From: Octopus vulgaris
Taxonomy: Eukaryota
Direction of reading: 5' to 3'
Assembly: GCA_951406725.2 (NCBI GenBank)
Contig: OX597822.1
Location: 88,164,001 to 88,228,000 of the forward strand
DNA: 64,000 bases
The notes beneath the pieces were generated by a model. That model was given only the letters and a program-made list of their open reading frames with translations. It ran no database searches and was not told the DNA's origin. Each line of letters begins with the position of its first letter. The stretch's first letter is position 1. Shown in pieces: positions 14,284 through 26,399 of this stretch. Both the position numbers and the translations under genes were made by a program.

Positions 14284-15500
14284 GTAAGTTCTATTACCAT
14301 TATCATTTGAAAGCAATAGAAATGTTGTGGCCTATGGTTGTGGGTTGGTCTGTGGTGGTGACTTGTAAAGTTGAATGAAAATATGTCTCTTGGGCTACGC
14401 GTAGAAGTAAATGAAATATTCTCCAAACATTTCACAGAAGATTTTTATTATTACACATAAAGACAAACTGCATTGGCCTTTTATAGATAACAGCAATAAT
14501 TACATACTGGGAGAGAGATACTGCTTGGATGTTACTGTAAGCTATTGATATGGCAATATATGGCTTGCCCAACATAACTAGAAGCAATTGTGCTGTATTC
14601 ACAGTGATGAAGATTCCCATCATCTGTCTCTACCATCTGTTTTAGCCATTTTCTTGGGTTGGTAAAAATACATGCCAAACAGTTTTTATTGGGGACCAGA
14701 AGTCAAATTCTAGAATGCTTATCAAACCTCTCCAAATAATTACTTCAGTTAATAGACCAATTGCATGAAACTATGGTAGTTTGCTTGTAATGTCTGATTG
14801 CCTATCCAGGGATTCAATCTCAAATCCTAACTACAGTATGAAATAAAGTAAGCTGGCAAAATCATTACAGTGTTGGCAGAAAATCCTTGTGGTATTTTTG
14901 TACGCTCTTTATTCTGAGTTCAAATCCTGCTGAGTCCAGTTTTACTTCTTGTCCTTCCAGAGTTGATAAAATAAAGTACCAGTCAAATATGAAGGTTCAT
15001 GGTTGACTAGCCACTTTCACTAAAAATTATTGGCCTTGAGCCTAAAGTAGAGACAGTTATTATTTGAAAATGGGATAATGCTTGACGAAAATGTCATGCT
15101 GTTCTTACTTCATATATCTTTAGTTTGTTTCATCTGCCATGGTTGAGTCCATACTAGAGTAGCTAGTAAACAATGCACCACCTTGTTCAACTTTTCAAAC
15201 ATATGTTCAGTGTGTGATATGTGTGCATACTATATATATATATATGAGGGATTATCCTGTCAAAGACAACATATGATATGTACGTGTGTGTGTGTAAATA
15301 GATGTGTGTATTTTTCCTTGTTAACAATTAACATGGAAAAAATATATAAATAGTTACCAGGGTAGCAAAAACTCACACAAGTAAAAAGGTTGTAACTCCT
15401 TGTTTTTAAAGGTAGAAACTTCGGGTTTACGTGAAATATTTTGTATAATATATATAAATAAATAAATGGAGTTAAATGCAGGTGTTATTCAAATTCTTTT

Positions 15501-15589
15501 ACTTCCGACACATGTTTCGAAGATATCACTGGTATTATTCCAAAGGAATAAAATGGTGTAAAACAATGTAATCTTCTCTTCAGGGAAGT
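15501..15589 (-). ncRNA. Type I hammerhead ribozyme motif with complete consensus core
   Basis: On the - strand: ACTTCC-CTGAAGA-GAAGAT...ATCTTC-GAAA-C-ATGT-GTC-GGAAGT. Stems I and II are perfect and the cleavage triplet is GUC. Confidence 0.85.
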
Positions 15590-16001
15590 GAAGAAATGAA
15601 ACTCGTCAATAAGACATTTTGACAGAAAATGATAGATATGTATAGTGATTAACTGAATGCTATTAAGATTGTTTCAAAAAAATGTTATAGGATATAATGT
15701 CAAAGTTCATATAAGTGATATCTATCATTATATATAATTTAAACACTAATTTTCTTCTTACATTTCACTTTCAATAGATATATATTTTTCCAAGTCTATA
15801 TGGTTTTATTTAATATACATATAGTTGTATACTTCTCATTTATTTAGTTTTTCTTTCCTTTATCCCTCTTCTTTCTATAGGCTACCATTGACGTTATATC
15901 CTATAAAGTTTTTTTGAAACAATTTTAATAGTATTCAGTTAATCACTATACATATCCATCATTTTCTGTTAAAATATCTTATTGACGAGTTTCATTTCTT
16001 C

Positions 16002-16090
16002 ACTTCCCTGAAGAAAAGATTACATTGTTTTACACCATTTTATTCCTTTGGAATAATACCAGTGATATCTTCGAAACATGTGTCGGAAGT
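16002..16090 (+). ncRNA. Type I hammerhead ribozyme motif, stem II first pair mutated
   Basis: ACTTCC-CTGAAGA-AAAGAT...ATCTTC-GAAA-C-ATGT-GTC-GGAAGT. Confidence 0.75.
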
Positions 16091-16150
16091 AAAAGAATTT
16101 GAATAGCACCTGCGTTTAACTCCATTTATTTATATATGTATGTGTATGTA

Positions 16151-16199
<49 letters not shown>

Positions 16200-17601
16200 A
16201 CATTGATGTAGATAGGTATCTCATAGATATCCATATATGAGAAATCACATTGTGTCTGTGTGGCTTGACCGGCTACAATCCCCCAGCTTCAGCCCTCCCA
16301 CCACCAATACCTGGGAATCTGGCAAAGAGTTTGACCAGAACATACATAAGCACACTCACAAACACACCTTAACACAGCAAACATCCTCCCAGTAGACCCT
16401 TTTTTCACCACCCCCAATATAAGCCCCCACACATATTGTACCTCTACAAACACTCTATGCATATATAAATGCCCTAAAGCATTTAACCAAAGGTTTTAAC
16501 CAAAACATACATTTTTTTAAAAATACATTAATGAACACAGATGTGTATACAGCCCTTGCCCTTGCCCTTCCCTCATCAGAAAATGCTGCTCATTTCTACA
16601 AGAACACTAATCCTAAAGCATACACACATTTCCCAAACACTCTTTTCTAGAAGACCCTTGTTGCCTTGCAATACCTCTTAATTTAAACCATGTTTGGTCC
16701 ATTTCATCGTCTTTTTCAAAAAAATCACAAACCAGATGTGTCCATTCACCTCCAGCAATAGAGAGCAATCGCTCTATTTCATTCCATAACTGAAGAGCAC
16801 GGGGTCTTGGACTGTTACCTAACACTTTGTTGAACTCCTAGTGTGAAATCTCTTCATATGACCAGCCGTAATGGATACACTTCAATCAATATATATATAG
16901 ATAGATGTGTGTGTGCAAATATTCTCTGAATACATATAACCCCCACACAAGTAATGTAAACGTTTAAAAGATGTTTTAGGTTTTAAAACTCACACAGAAG
17001 ACCAAACATAGCATGTGTGTACACTAGAGTGTGTATGTATACATTATGTGGGTATCTTGAAAATACTGTGACAACTATGCCCTGCATAGCTACAGGCTGC
17101 CTTTTGGCAAGGCACCTTGCCAGAGATATAGTGAAGTTACAGGACTGCAGCATAGTGGATTGTGAAGCAGAAGAGCTCAACGGAGCCAGTGGTACTCCAT
17201 GCATTGATACTGAGCAGAGAAGATCAACAGTTAGGATCACCAAGCTCAATCAAAAGATTAACTGCAATGCATCCATAGGAGCAGTGTCTATGGTTGTGTA
17301 ATCAGCCAGTAAAAGATTCATGATGACTCAAGCTCCCAATTCAAATTGAATAATAGAATTCAGTGGTGACAGAGAGTTACAGGAAATCAGGCAAACAACA
17401 CACCATACATGTGTGTATATGAATGTTACCAAATAAAATAGCCTGGTGATCACTCAGTGCTCCAAGTAGAAATTTTTTACTTTGAAATATCTAATTTAAA
17501 ATAAAGGCCACAACTTACCTTTTATTCTGATGCTTTATTTCATTCTGTTATTTTTTACAGTTTCTATTTTTCTAATTCTAATTTTGATTTCTCTTGTGTA
17601 G

Positions 17602-17724
17602 TGGAAAAGTATAAGCACTTCCTTACATTAAGTGTGTCTAACTTCCCAAGAAAAGAAGTATTTGGTAAACAAGGTATCAGTGAGACAAAGACTAATGATC
17701 CCCTCTACATTGGAGGCATACCAA
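17602..17724 (+). CDS. LAMA: Laminin alpha exon (LG5)
   Basis: gtgtag|TG...CCA A|gtaaga. Encodes MEKYKHFLTLSVS...TKTNDPLYIGGIP. Confidence 0.93.
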
Positions 17725-18052
17725 GTAAGAGGATAATTTTTTGGTTTATTTTATTTATTTTTGATATGGCTGTGTGGTTAAGAAGTTTGTTTTGTAGCCT
17801 TATGGTATTGAGTTCAATCCCACTGTTTGATACCTTGCAAAAGTGTTTTTTATTATAGCCCCAGCTTAACCAAGGCCTTGAGAGTAGATTTGGAAGATGG
17901 AAACTGAAAGAATCCTGTTGTACTATATACATTTGAATAATATATGGAATATATATCTGAGAGTAGAATAAAATTGGAGGCGATTTAGTTTATCTTATCA
18001 TTTATGATGACATATTAAAAAGATAAATTAAATCTCCACTTTTATCTTGCTC

Positions 18053-18101
<49 letters not shown>

Positions 18102-18573
18102 AATGAATGGCTTTTCTCATGATTATCTTCCACTTAAATTATTAGATATTTACAAATCATATTGTGCCTCACAATTTGTAAATATTTAATCATTAAATTG
18201 GAAAATAACTATCAGAGTCATTCATTTTTTCAACTATACACTATTGTACCAAGGATTTGTTTTATGTCTGATGAAGTCATGAATGTGAAACAAGAACAAA
18301 GAATTCTCTGATTCTCATACTCAATTTATATTTGTATATTATGACATAAGTCAGAAGTTTATTTTTTAAGTTTAATTTATTCACACTCAGCATTGTTTGT
18401 GGCTTAATTTAAATAAATTAGTTATTAGAGAGAGTTGACTTTTTCATCTTCAAATGTGTAATACTACTTTTGTGGGGAATATGAAAAGTATAAAATATTT
18501 CTTAGGGTTGTTAAAAAGTGTACGAACCATTGATCTAGAGCCTATTTGTCTATTGAGATTAAGAAACCTTTAA

Positions 18574-18793
18574 CCCTTTAACATTTAAACCGGCCATATC
18601 CGGCCCAAATGGTCTACCTGCTTTATGTTCAAACTGGCCAGATCCAGTCTCTCCCACCTACCCTACAATGTCATTCTAAAATTTAATGATTACATCTTCA
18701 AAATCTTGAAGCTACAAGATAATACGTGATTAATTTTTTAAAATATGGATACATAAACCTTACATTTGATAAATTAATCTGAATGCTAAAGGG
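18574..18793. mobile_element. piggyBac-type MITE
   Basis: TTAA on both sides, with terminal inverted repeats CCCTTTAACATT...AATGCTAAAGGG. Confidence 0.8.
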
Positions 18794-19569
18794 TTAAACT
18801 AAGTTATTAATTATAATAATAATGACCTTATTGTATACAGTGCTATAACTTGGTCAGAAAAGTGTAAAAGTAGGGAGAAAGCAGCCATAAATCAAGTAAA
18901 GAAATACAGCAAGAAAGTCAAAAGTACATGCACAGTTCACAAAATAGAACACAAAGGATAGAGAAGTCAGTGTTAAAAGAGCCACAAAAGAAAAAGGTTG
19001 TATTGGCATGCCAAGAGTATTGTTGGTGAATATCAGGAAGCATGCTAGTGACATGTAAAAGATGCCCAATACACTCTGTAAAGTGGATGGCATTAGGAAG
19101 GGTATCCAGCTGTAGAAACCATGCCAAAACAGATAACTGGAGCCTGGTGTAGCTATCTGTCTTAGCTCCAGTCAAACTAACCTATTCCAGTATGGAAAAT
19201 GGATGTTAAATGATGGTGGTGGGGGCGACGGTGGCAGCGTAGCTTTGGTGGTGGTGGCAGGGGCAAAACTGTTTCCAAACGTCATAGGTGCTTAGTTATT
19301 TGTGGTTGATTTTATAAGTAGGTTCATGAATGGTTGAGGCTTTGATTTTAAAAGGGGTGACCAAAGTTGTTGGGAAGATGGATAATCTTGTGGACATCTT
19401 CCAAGTCAACAGCCAAGTCAACTTCTACAAAGTCAAAAAATTATAAGTAAACCTTACAGTTCATTACTTTGACAAAAAAGATGGATCAGCTAATTATTGA
19501 GAACGCACTGATTTTGATTTCCATCTCTGAAATTAATGTTAAATTAATTATATTTACTTTCTCTTTCAG

Positions 19570-19715
19570 ACCCTGGTGTCATCACTCTTGGAGTACAGTC
19601 AGTCAAACCTTATATTGGGTGTATCAAAAATCTAATGATCAATTCGAAGAAGTATCAATTATATTCTGGCACACCCAGTGGAGATGTTCAATTGGGTTCA
19701 TGTCCCAAGATCTAA
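19570..19715 (+). CDS. LAMA: Laminin alpha terminal coding exon
   Basis: tttcag|AC. Encodes NPGVITLGVQSVKPYIGCIKNLMIN...GDVQLGSCPKI then TAA, the typical laminin alpha C-terminal SCP ending. Confidence 0.94.
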
Positions 19716-19896
19716 AATGGTCTAGCTATTGAAAAACCACCTGACTCTAACTCATCAAGCATTTTCATTTTGCAGTGAAATGCTTTTGTCTTTGTTATTA
19801 TGGAATATCCAAATGGGTTTCATTTACAGGTATCTTTATTTACAGAGTTAGTTATAGTTTATATTTCATGACAATGATGTACTTGTGTATTATAGG

Positions 19897-19902
19897 AATA
19901 AA
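19897..19902 (+). terminator. Candidate polyadenylation signal of laminin alpha
   Basis: First AATAAA after the stop codon, about 180 nt downstream. Confidence 0.5.
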
Positions 19903-20012
19903 CAAATTAAAATAGGAAACATGAAGATGGCTTCCAAGAAATCTATACTTGCAACACCTTAATTTTCCTTCAATTTTAGTTAGGAGTGGTAGGAGAAGGA
20001 TAAATACATATA

Positions 20013-20052
<40 letters not shown>

Positions 20053-20248
20053 ATTATATATAAGAAATAATTAAGATTCGGTTGAATTAGGTACTTAAGT
20101 TGAAGCACCAAGTCAGTCCAGTATTATCTGCACATAATTATATATATATAATTATATGTGTACATTTAAACACATAAGAGGCATCCATCATAGGATTCTT
20201 TGCATGCTAGAGAGGGCAATTAAATTCCAAACTGCTATTAGGGATAAT

Positions 20249-20249
<1 letters not shown>

Positions 20250-20313
<64 letters not shown>

Positions 20314-20378
20314 GTATGTATGTATATATGTATGTATGTATGTATATATGTATGTATGTATGTATATATGTATGTATG

Positions 20379-20421
<43 letters not shown>

Positions 20422-20458
20422 GTATGTATGTATATATATATGTATGTATGTATATGTA

Positions 20459-20545
<87 letters not shown>

Positions 20546-20775
20546 GTATATGTATATATATGTATATGTATATATGTATATATGTATATGTATATATATG
20601 TATATATGTATATGTATATATGTATGTATATATGTATATATATATGTATATATATATATGTGTATATATATATGTGTATATGTATATATGTATGTATATA
20701 TGTATATATATATGTATGTATATATGTATATATATATGTATATATATATGTGTATATATGTATATGTGTGTATAT

Positions 20776-20809
<34 letters not shown>

Positions 20810-20852
20810 ATGTGTATGTATATATATATATATATGTTATATATATGTGTAT

Positions 20853-20888
<36 letters not shown>

Positions 20889-20895
20889 GTGTATG

Positions 20896-20928
<33 letters not shown>

Positions 20929-20937
20929 ATATGTATA

Positions 20938-20990
<53 letters not shown>

Positions 20991-21050
20991 ATATATATAT
21001 ATATGTATATATATAATTATATATATATGTATATATATATATATATAATT
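20250..21050. repeat. Compound (TA)/(TATG)/(TG) microsatellite, about 800 bp
   Basis: Directly visible. Source of the YI/MYV pseudo-ORFs. Confidence 0.97.
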
Positions 21051-21154
21051 ATTTAGCAAAAATTTAGATTCCAGAATTTAGTACGGTATTATCCATACAA
21101 TTTCAAAGTAAGGTGATTAAAATCAAAATAAGCAACAAGGATATCCAGAGGTAA

Positions 21155-21223
21155 TGCAGTAGGATCGTTTCATGCAACTCAATCATTACATCAATTTAAA
21201 ATGCAGAGCAATCTTCAGCTGCA
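21155..21223 (-). ncRNA. Degenerate type I hammerhead motif
   Basis: On the - strand: TGCAG-CTGAAGA-TTGC...GCAT-GAAA-C-GATC-CTA-CTGCA. The stem III C-G pair is broken. Confidence 0.6.
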
Positions 21224-21322
21224 CAAAGACATAGAATTTAGTTAAATTAGAACAGATGGATACATTAGTATAGTTATACTTCAGTAGGTTGCCAAGAGTG
21301 TCTACGTGTTCAGTCCTGGCAA

Positions 21323-21409
21323 CCTACTGAAGAAGCAGCGCCAGATATAGACTGAAATTATTTTATTTCAATCTGTATTTAAGTCTGCAGAAACCTTGCA
21401 GAGTCTAGG
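21323..21409 (+). ncRNA. Type I hammerhead motif with long stem II
   Basis: CCTA-CTGAAGA-AGCAG...CTGCA-GAAA-C-CTTGCAGA-GTC-TAGG. Confidence 0.68.
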
Positions 21410-21791
21410 ATAATAAGGTAAAAGTTTTTATTTTTCAATCACTTTTGGAATTACAACAATTAGTGGCTTGGAGTTTAACTGCTCTTTCTAGTGAGTCAGA
21501 TATCCTATTCTTTGGGTATCTCTTTTGTGTTTGAATGTACACTGTATTCTTCTCTGAATAATATATAGTCTATTGACTAATTTTTTCCTTCTCTCTAGAC
21601 CACTGGTAACTAAGAATTTTTTCAATAAATATTCTTGCTACCCTAAGATTTTAAATATATATATATCTATATATGTACATGTATACATATAATTATATAT
21701 ATACAAAAAGGGTGAAATATAATTAATTTAATAAAATTAATAAATTTCACCTAGTAGTTTTTTCGGTATGGAAATGACCATATTTGGTAAG

Positions 21792-21954
21792 AATTATATT
21801 AATTATAATAAAGGGTTAATTGCAACAAGTTGCTCAAAACCACATACCGAAAATATTAGAAATAGTGATCTATTTGGCTGCTATTTCTAATATTTTCGGT
21901 ATGTGGTTTTGAGCAACTTGTTGCAATTAACCCTTTATTATAATTAATATAATT
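21792..21954. repeat. Perfect 74-bp inverted repeat with 15-nt spacer
   Basis: 21792-21865 is the exact reverse complement of 21881-21954. Confidence 0.95.
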
Positions 21955-22935
21955 ATATATATATAATTATAATAAATAATTTTGACAAATAATTAGCGTG
22001 TTTAAATGTTGAATAGAGCATCAGTGCAGTTTAGGCTACCTGTTGTTCTCTGCAATTGTTGGATACTTCTGTTGTATTGCAGTGACATTGAGGGTAATAT
22101 TATTAATTATATAACACTATCATCATATATATATATATATATATATATATCATATATTATATATGTGTGTGTGTGTGTGTATATTAGACAGATATATTGA
22201 TAGACGGATGTGCATGTAATTTGTTACAAATTGAATATTTGCAAATTATTGTATTATTGTTCTGAGTTTTTTGTTGCACATTGTCTGATCTGTGAAATTT
22301 CAGTTTCCAGTCAACCATTTCCCTCTACTTATCGCAAAGAGAATACATTTTTCTTTCTCTTATTGACACTGATATATATCCATTTACATAAATATATAAT
22401 AAAATGTTATACATATATATACATGTGTGTCTGTGTGTGTATGTATATACAGTTTCATTAAAAGATGCTGGATATAAGTAATAAGAGAGAAAATAGCTAC
22501 TTAAAAAATAATTCAGAAAGAAATGGAAGATAATCTGTTTAAATCAGAAAAAAAAATTGGGGAAACCAAAAAGAAATTAAGGTTAACAGAAACTGTTATA
22601 AAGTTGAAATTCTTACTTTCAATCATTAGTGCAGCACTCTAACCATTGTTATTATTAATTCATGACAAAAAACAAGCAGAAAACATACTGATTGGTGAAA
22701 AATATTTAAGATTTAATTGAAACAATTGTAACAAATTTAAAGAAATATTTCTAAGTCTTAGAAGGCAAGCTAGCAGATAGATACTTTACTGACTATATAT
22801 GGTGGACAATTAATATATATATATATATATATATACATAGGAGGATGGATAATTAATATACTAGAGTTGAGAATGATTAAATTTTTCAGTCAACCTGTAA
22901 ATCTAGATAATGAAATGAAACAGTTTTCATGTGTG

Positions 22936-22988
<53 letters not shown>

Positions 22989-23540
22989 GATGAAATAAAA
23001 TGGATATAACTTTATGAAAACTGTGTTTGTGTTATTAATTATGTTGGTGAGCTGGCAGAAAATGTGTTTGTGCTTTAATTAAGGTGGCAAGCTGGCAGAA
23101 TCGTTAGCACACCAGGCAAAATGCTCAGCAGTATTTCGTTCATCTTTACATTCTGGGTTCAAATTCTGCTGAGGTCGACTTTGCCTTTCATTCTTTCAAG
23201 GTTGATAAACTAAGTACCAGTGAACAGTGGGGTCAATGTAATTGACTCATCTTCTCTCTCAAAATTGCTGCCCTTGTGGCAAAATTTGAAACCATTAATT
23301 AAGTCATTACTACATCAATAAGTTATTATCATTTATGAAATAGTTATGAATGTGTGCTTAAGAAGTTTGCTTCCTAACCATGTGGTTTTGGGTTCAGTCC
23401 CACTCACAACACCTTGGGCAAGTGTCCTCTACTATTGTACTATAGTCCCAGGCCAACAAAAACCTTATGAGCAGCTATGTGGTAAGAAACATGCTTCCCA
23501 ACCACATTGTTCCAGGTTCAGTCCCACTACTTGATACCTT

Positions 23541-24079
23541 CATCATCATCATTGTTCGACTGTGGTCGAGACAATGGAATTTACCATGCTACACCAGACT
23601 TCACGGTCCATCATGGCATTACGGAGGTCCTGTTGCTGGATGCCTGTATCCCTGGAGATTACATCAGGGTAGGAAAGTGTGTGCCCTCTGGTATTGCGAG
23701 TAGATGGCTTCCAGAGGAGAAGAGTAGAAATTACCTCTTTTTCAGCTCTACAACAATGTCCAGCAAACTGGACTCTCCTACCTTTCATAAGAGATGACAC
23801 AGGTGGTAGTTTCCCATATATTTGCATTTTGGTTGGATGGCGCTTCCACGAGAGATTTTGAGCTCTCATAAGGAGGCGAGTGTAGGTTCCATCCAACCGC
23901 CTCTCAAGCTTCTTTGATAACGTCCAGGTTTCTGAGCCATATAGTATAATTGGTTCGACTGTGGCTGTGAAGATTTGAAGTTCGAAGTCTCTACTTAGAT
24001 TTGATGACCAGATCTTGTGCATGTAATTACAGGCTGACCAGGCCATACCCTTTCTAGTTAGAAAATCTTTTCCAGATGA
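23541..24079 (-). mobile_element. RTE-clade LINE 3' fragment (different family) nested in a SINE
   Basis: ORF 23549-24046 has IFTATVEPIILYGSETWTL...RRVQFAGHC. (ATG)n tail and candidate TSD TGATACCTT at 23532-23540 and 24080-24088. Confidence 0.85.
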
Positions 24080-25879
24080 TGATACCTTGGCTAATACTTT
24101 TCCTGATACCTTGGCTGATACTTTTCCTGATACCTTGGGTGTCTTCTACTATAACCTTGAGCCAACCAAAGCCTTGTGAGTGGATTTGGTGGACAGAAAC
24201 TGAAAGAAGCCCATTGTGTATATGTGTGTGTGTATGTGTTTGTCCCCCACCACTGCATGATAGCTGGTGTTTATGTCCCCATAACTTAGCGGTTCAGCAA
24301 AAGTGACCAATAAAATGAATGCTTTAAAAAAAAAAAGTACTGGGGTTGATTCCTTCAACTAAAATTTCAAGGTGGTGCCCTAGCAAGTGAAAGATAAAAG
24401 ATGTGTGTGTACATATATGTGTTTATGTGTACTGTTGTCTTGTCATCATAGGATAGTTGCAAACTAGTGTCACCATTATACAAACTATGTTGTTTCTTTC
24501 CATTCTTCCATGAAAAACAAACCTGACCATTGGGAAATATTACCTTGCATGGAAACAGGGGTAGAGTGATAAGAGGAAGGGCATCTTGAGGTTGAAAATC
24601 TGCCTCAGAAAATTTTGTCTTATCCCTGCATGCATGGAAAATTGGACATCAAAACAACAACTTCTAATTTTGGCATTGTTCAAAACTTTTGTAGGGAGGA
24701 TGTATTTTGTATGGCTGTGTTCTGGATTCAATCCCATTGCGTCATACCTCGGGCAAGTGTCTTTTTCTATAGCGTCAGGCCAGCCAAAGCCTTGTGAGTG
24801 GATTTGGTAGATGGAAATTGAAGAAAGCCTGTTGTATACATATATGTGAGTGTGTATATATCTGTATCTGTGCTTGTCCCCCACCACCACATGAAGCCAC
24901 TGTAGGTGTGTTTATGTCCCTGTAAAAAGAGATCAATGGTATAAGTACCAGGCTTAAAAAAAAGGACTTTGGTCAATTCATTTAACTAAAGTTCCCCAGT
25001 ATGGCAGCAGTCTAATGACTGAAACAAGTAAAATAAAATACTATAAAATATTAAATCAACTGTTTTACTTGGCCCTTGTGTGTGGAAGATATGTGAAGGC
25101 TACAAAGATACAAGGCAAGTATGCTTCATTGGATATGCCCTGTTAGTGTGTATGAATTACAAAGTATAAAGGAACTGAGAGACACACTGGATATAAGAGG
25201 AAACAGTTGTGTGCAAGAGAGGAGTCTGTGTTGATATGGCATGTGATGTGGATGGAGTATGAGGGCTGCATAAGCAAGTGCTCAAAGTGAATGGTACCTA
25301 TGAAAGAGGAAGGCTTGAATTGAAGTGGTGAAAAATGATGACAAGCTTTTATATCTGAAGGAGATGACAGAAGACTATATTGACTGGTGATATGTGGTGC
25401 TGCTGAAGACGCAACCTATCACAAGATTTGTACAATGAGCAAGTGAGGGGTGCATTAGTGCATGTGCCTTTCACTTGCTTATTGTTTGGTGCACACATTA
25501 CTCCACTATTTTTTGCCCATTCAATCTATTCACATCGTCCTCTAGCTGTTCTTCTAAATTCTCATCTCCCCATCATCATCTCTTTTCTCACAGTGCCATA
25601 CCACCCATAACTTAGAGGAAAGTATTGAATATCTTTCCATTCCTTATACTTTTGGCACCTATATTCTGCTACTCAAGATTTTCTTTCCTTCTAAATCTTG
25701 ATACTTGAGCAGGGAGAGATTGCCTGGACCATGGTTTCTGACTTTTTTTAGCAAATAAAATAATTTGCTTGGTGAAGTCTTCATCAACAGGTACGCCTAG
25801 ATTAAACATATAAGTACGAGGCAATCCAGCATGTGCCTCATGCTTATACATTATAATTTTTTCAAATCCACGGTGCTTG

Positions 25880-26271
25880 CACTCATCAGGTCTAAAATAA
25901 TAATAATAATAAAATAATAATAGAATAAATGTACTTATTTTAACTTATACAAATTATCAAATAAATGTAGAAAAATACGTGTATCAACTATAAATAATCG
26001 AAAAACATTTAACAATATTTATTAAAATATAAACATAACTTATCTTATCAAAGGATTTCTGTTAACAGAAATCCTTTGATAAGATAAGTTTATATTTTAA
26101 GAAATATTGTTATGCCTATATTCTAAGAAATATTGTTAAATGTTTTTCGATTATTTATAGTTAATACACATATTTTTCTATATTTATTTGATAATTAGTA
26201 TAAGTTAAGTACATTTATTCTATTATTATTTATTATTATTATTATTATTATTATTTTAGACCTGATGAGTG
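25880..26271. repeat. ~390-bp spacer-less palindrome
   Basis: Perfect 54-bp palindrome at 26037-26090 centred on GTTAAC. Arms continue imperfectly out to CACTCATCAGGTCT and AGACCTGATGAGTG. Confidence 0.93.
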
Positions 26272-26399
26272 ACTATATTTTTAAATAGAATTAATTTTAG
26301 ATCTAGTAGGTGGGTTATTGAACTTTTGCTGCATTTTGCTATTGTTTATGTGATGCATAAGCTGCTCTAAACTAGCAGAATTGGTGTAGAATACCTTCA

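Larger units (their letters stand above)
15458..16135. mobile_element. Foldback element made of two inverted ~245-bp Penelope pseudo-LTR-like arms
   Basis: 15458-15703 is the reverse complement of 15888-16135. Each arm carries a hammerhead motif. Flanked by TA runs. Confidence 0.8.

Noticed and set aside
20156-21059. MYV/YIC-rich ORFs
   Set aside because: Compound microsatellite translation.
25669-25851. 60-aa ORF as a small intergenic gene
   Set aside because: No recognisable homology or splice support.
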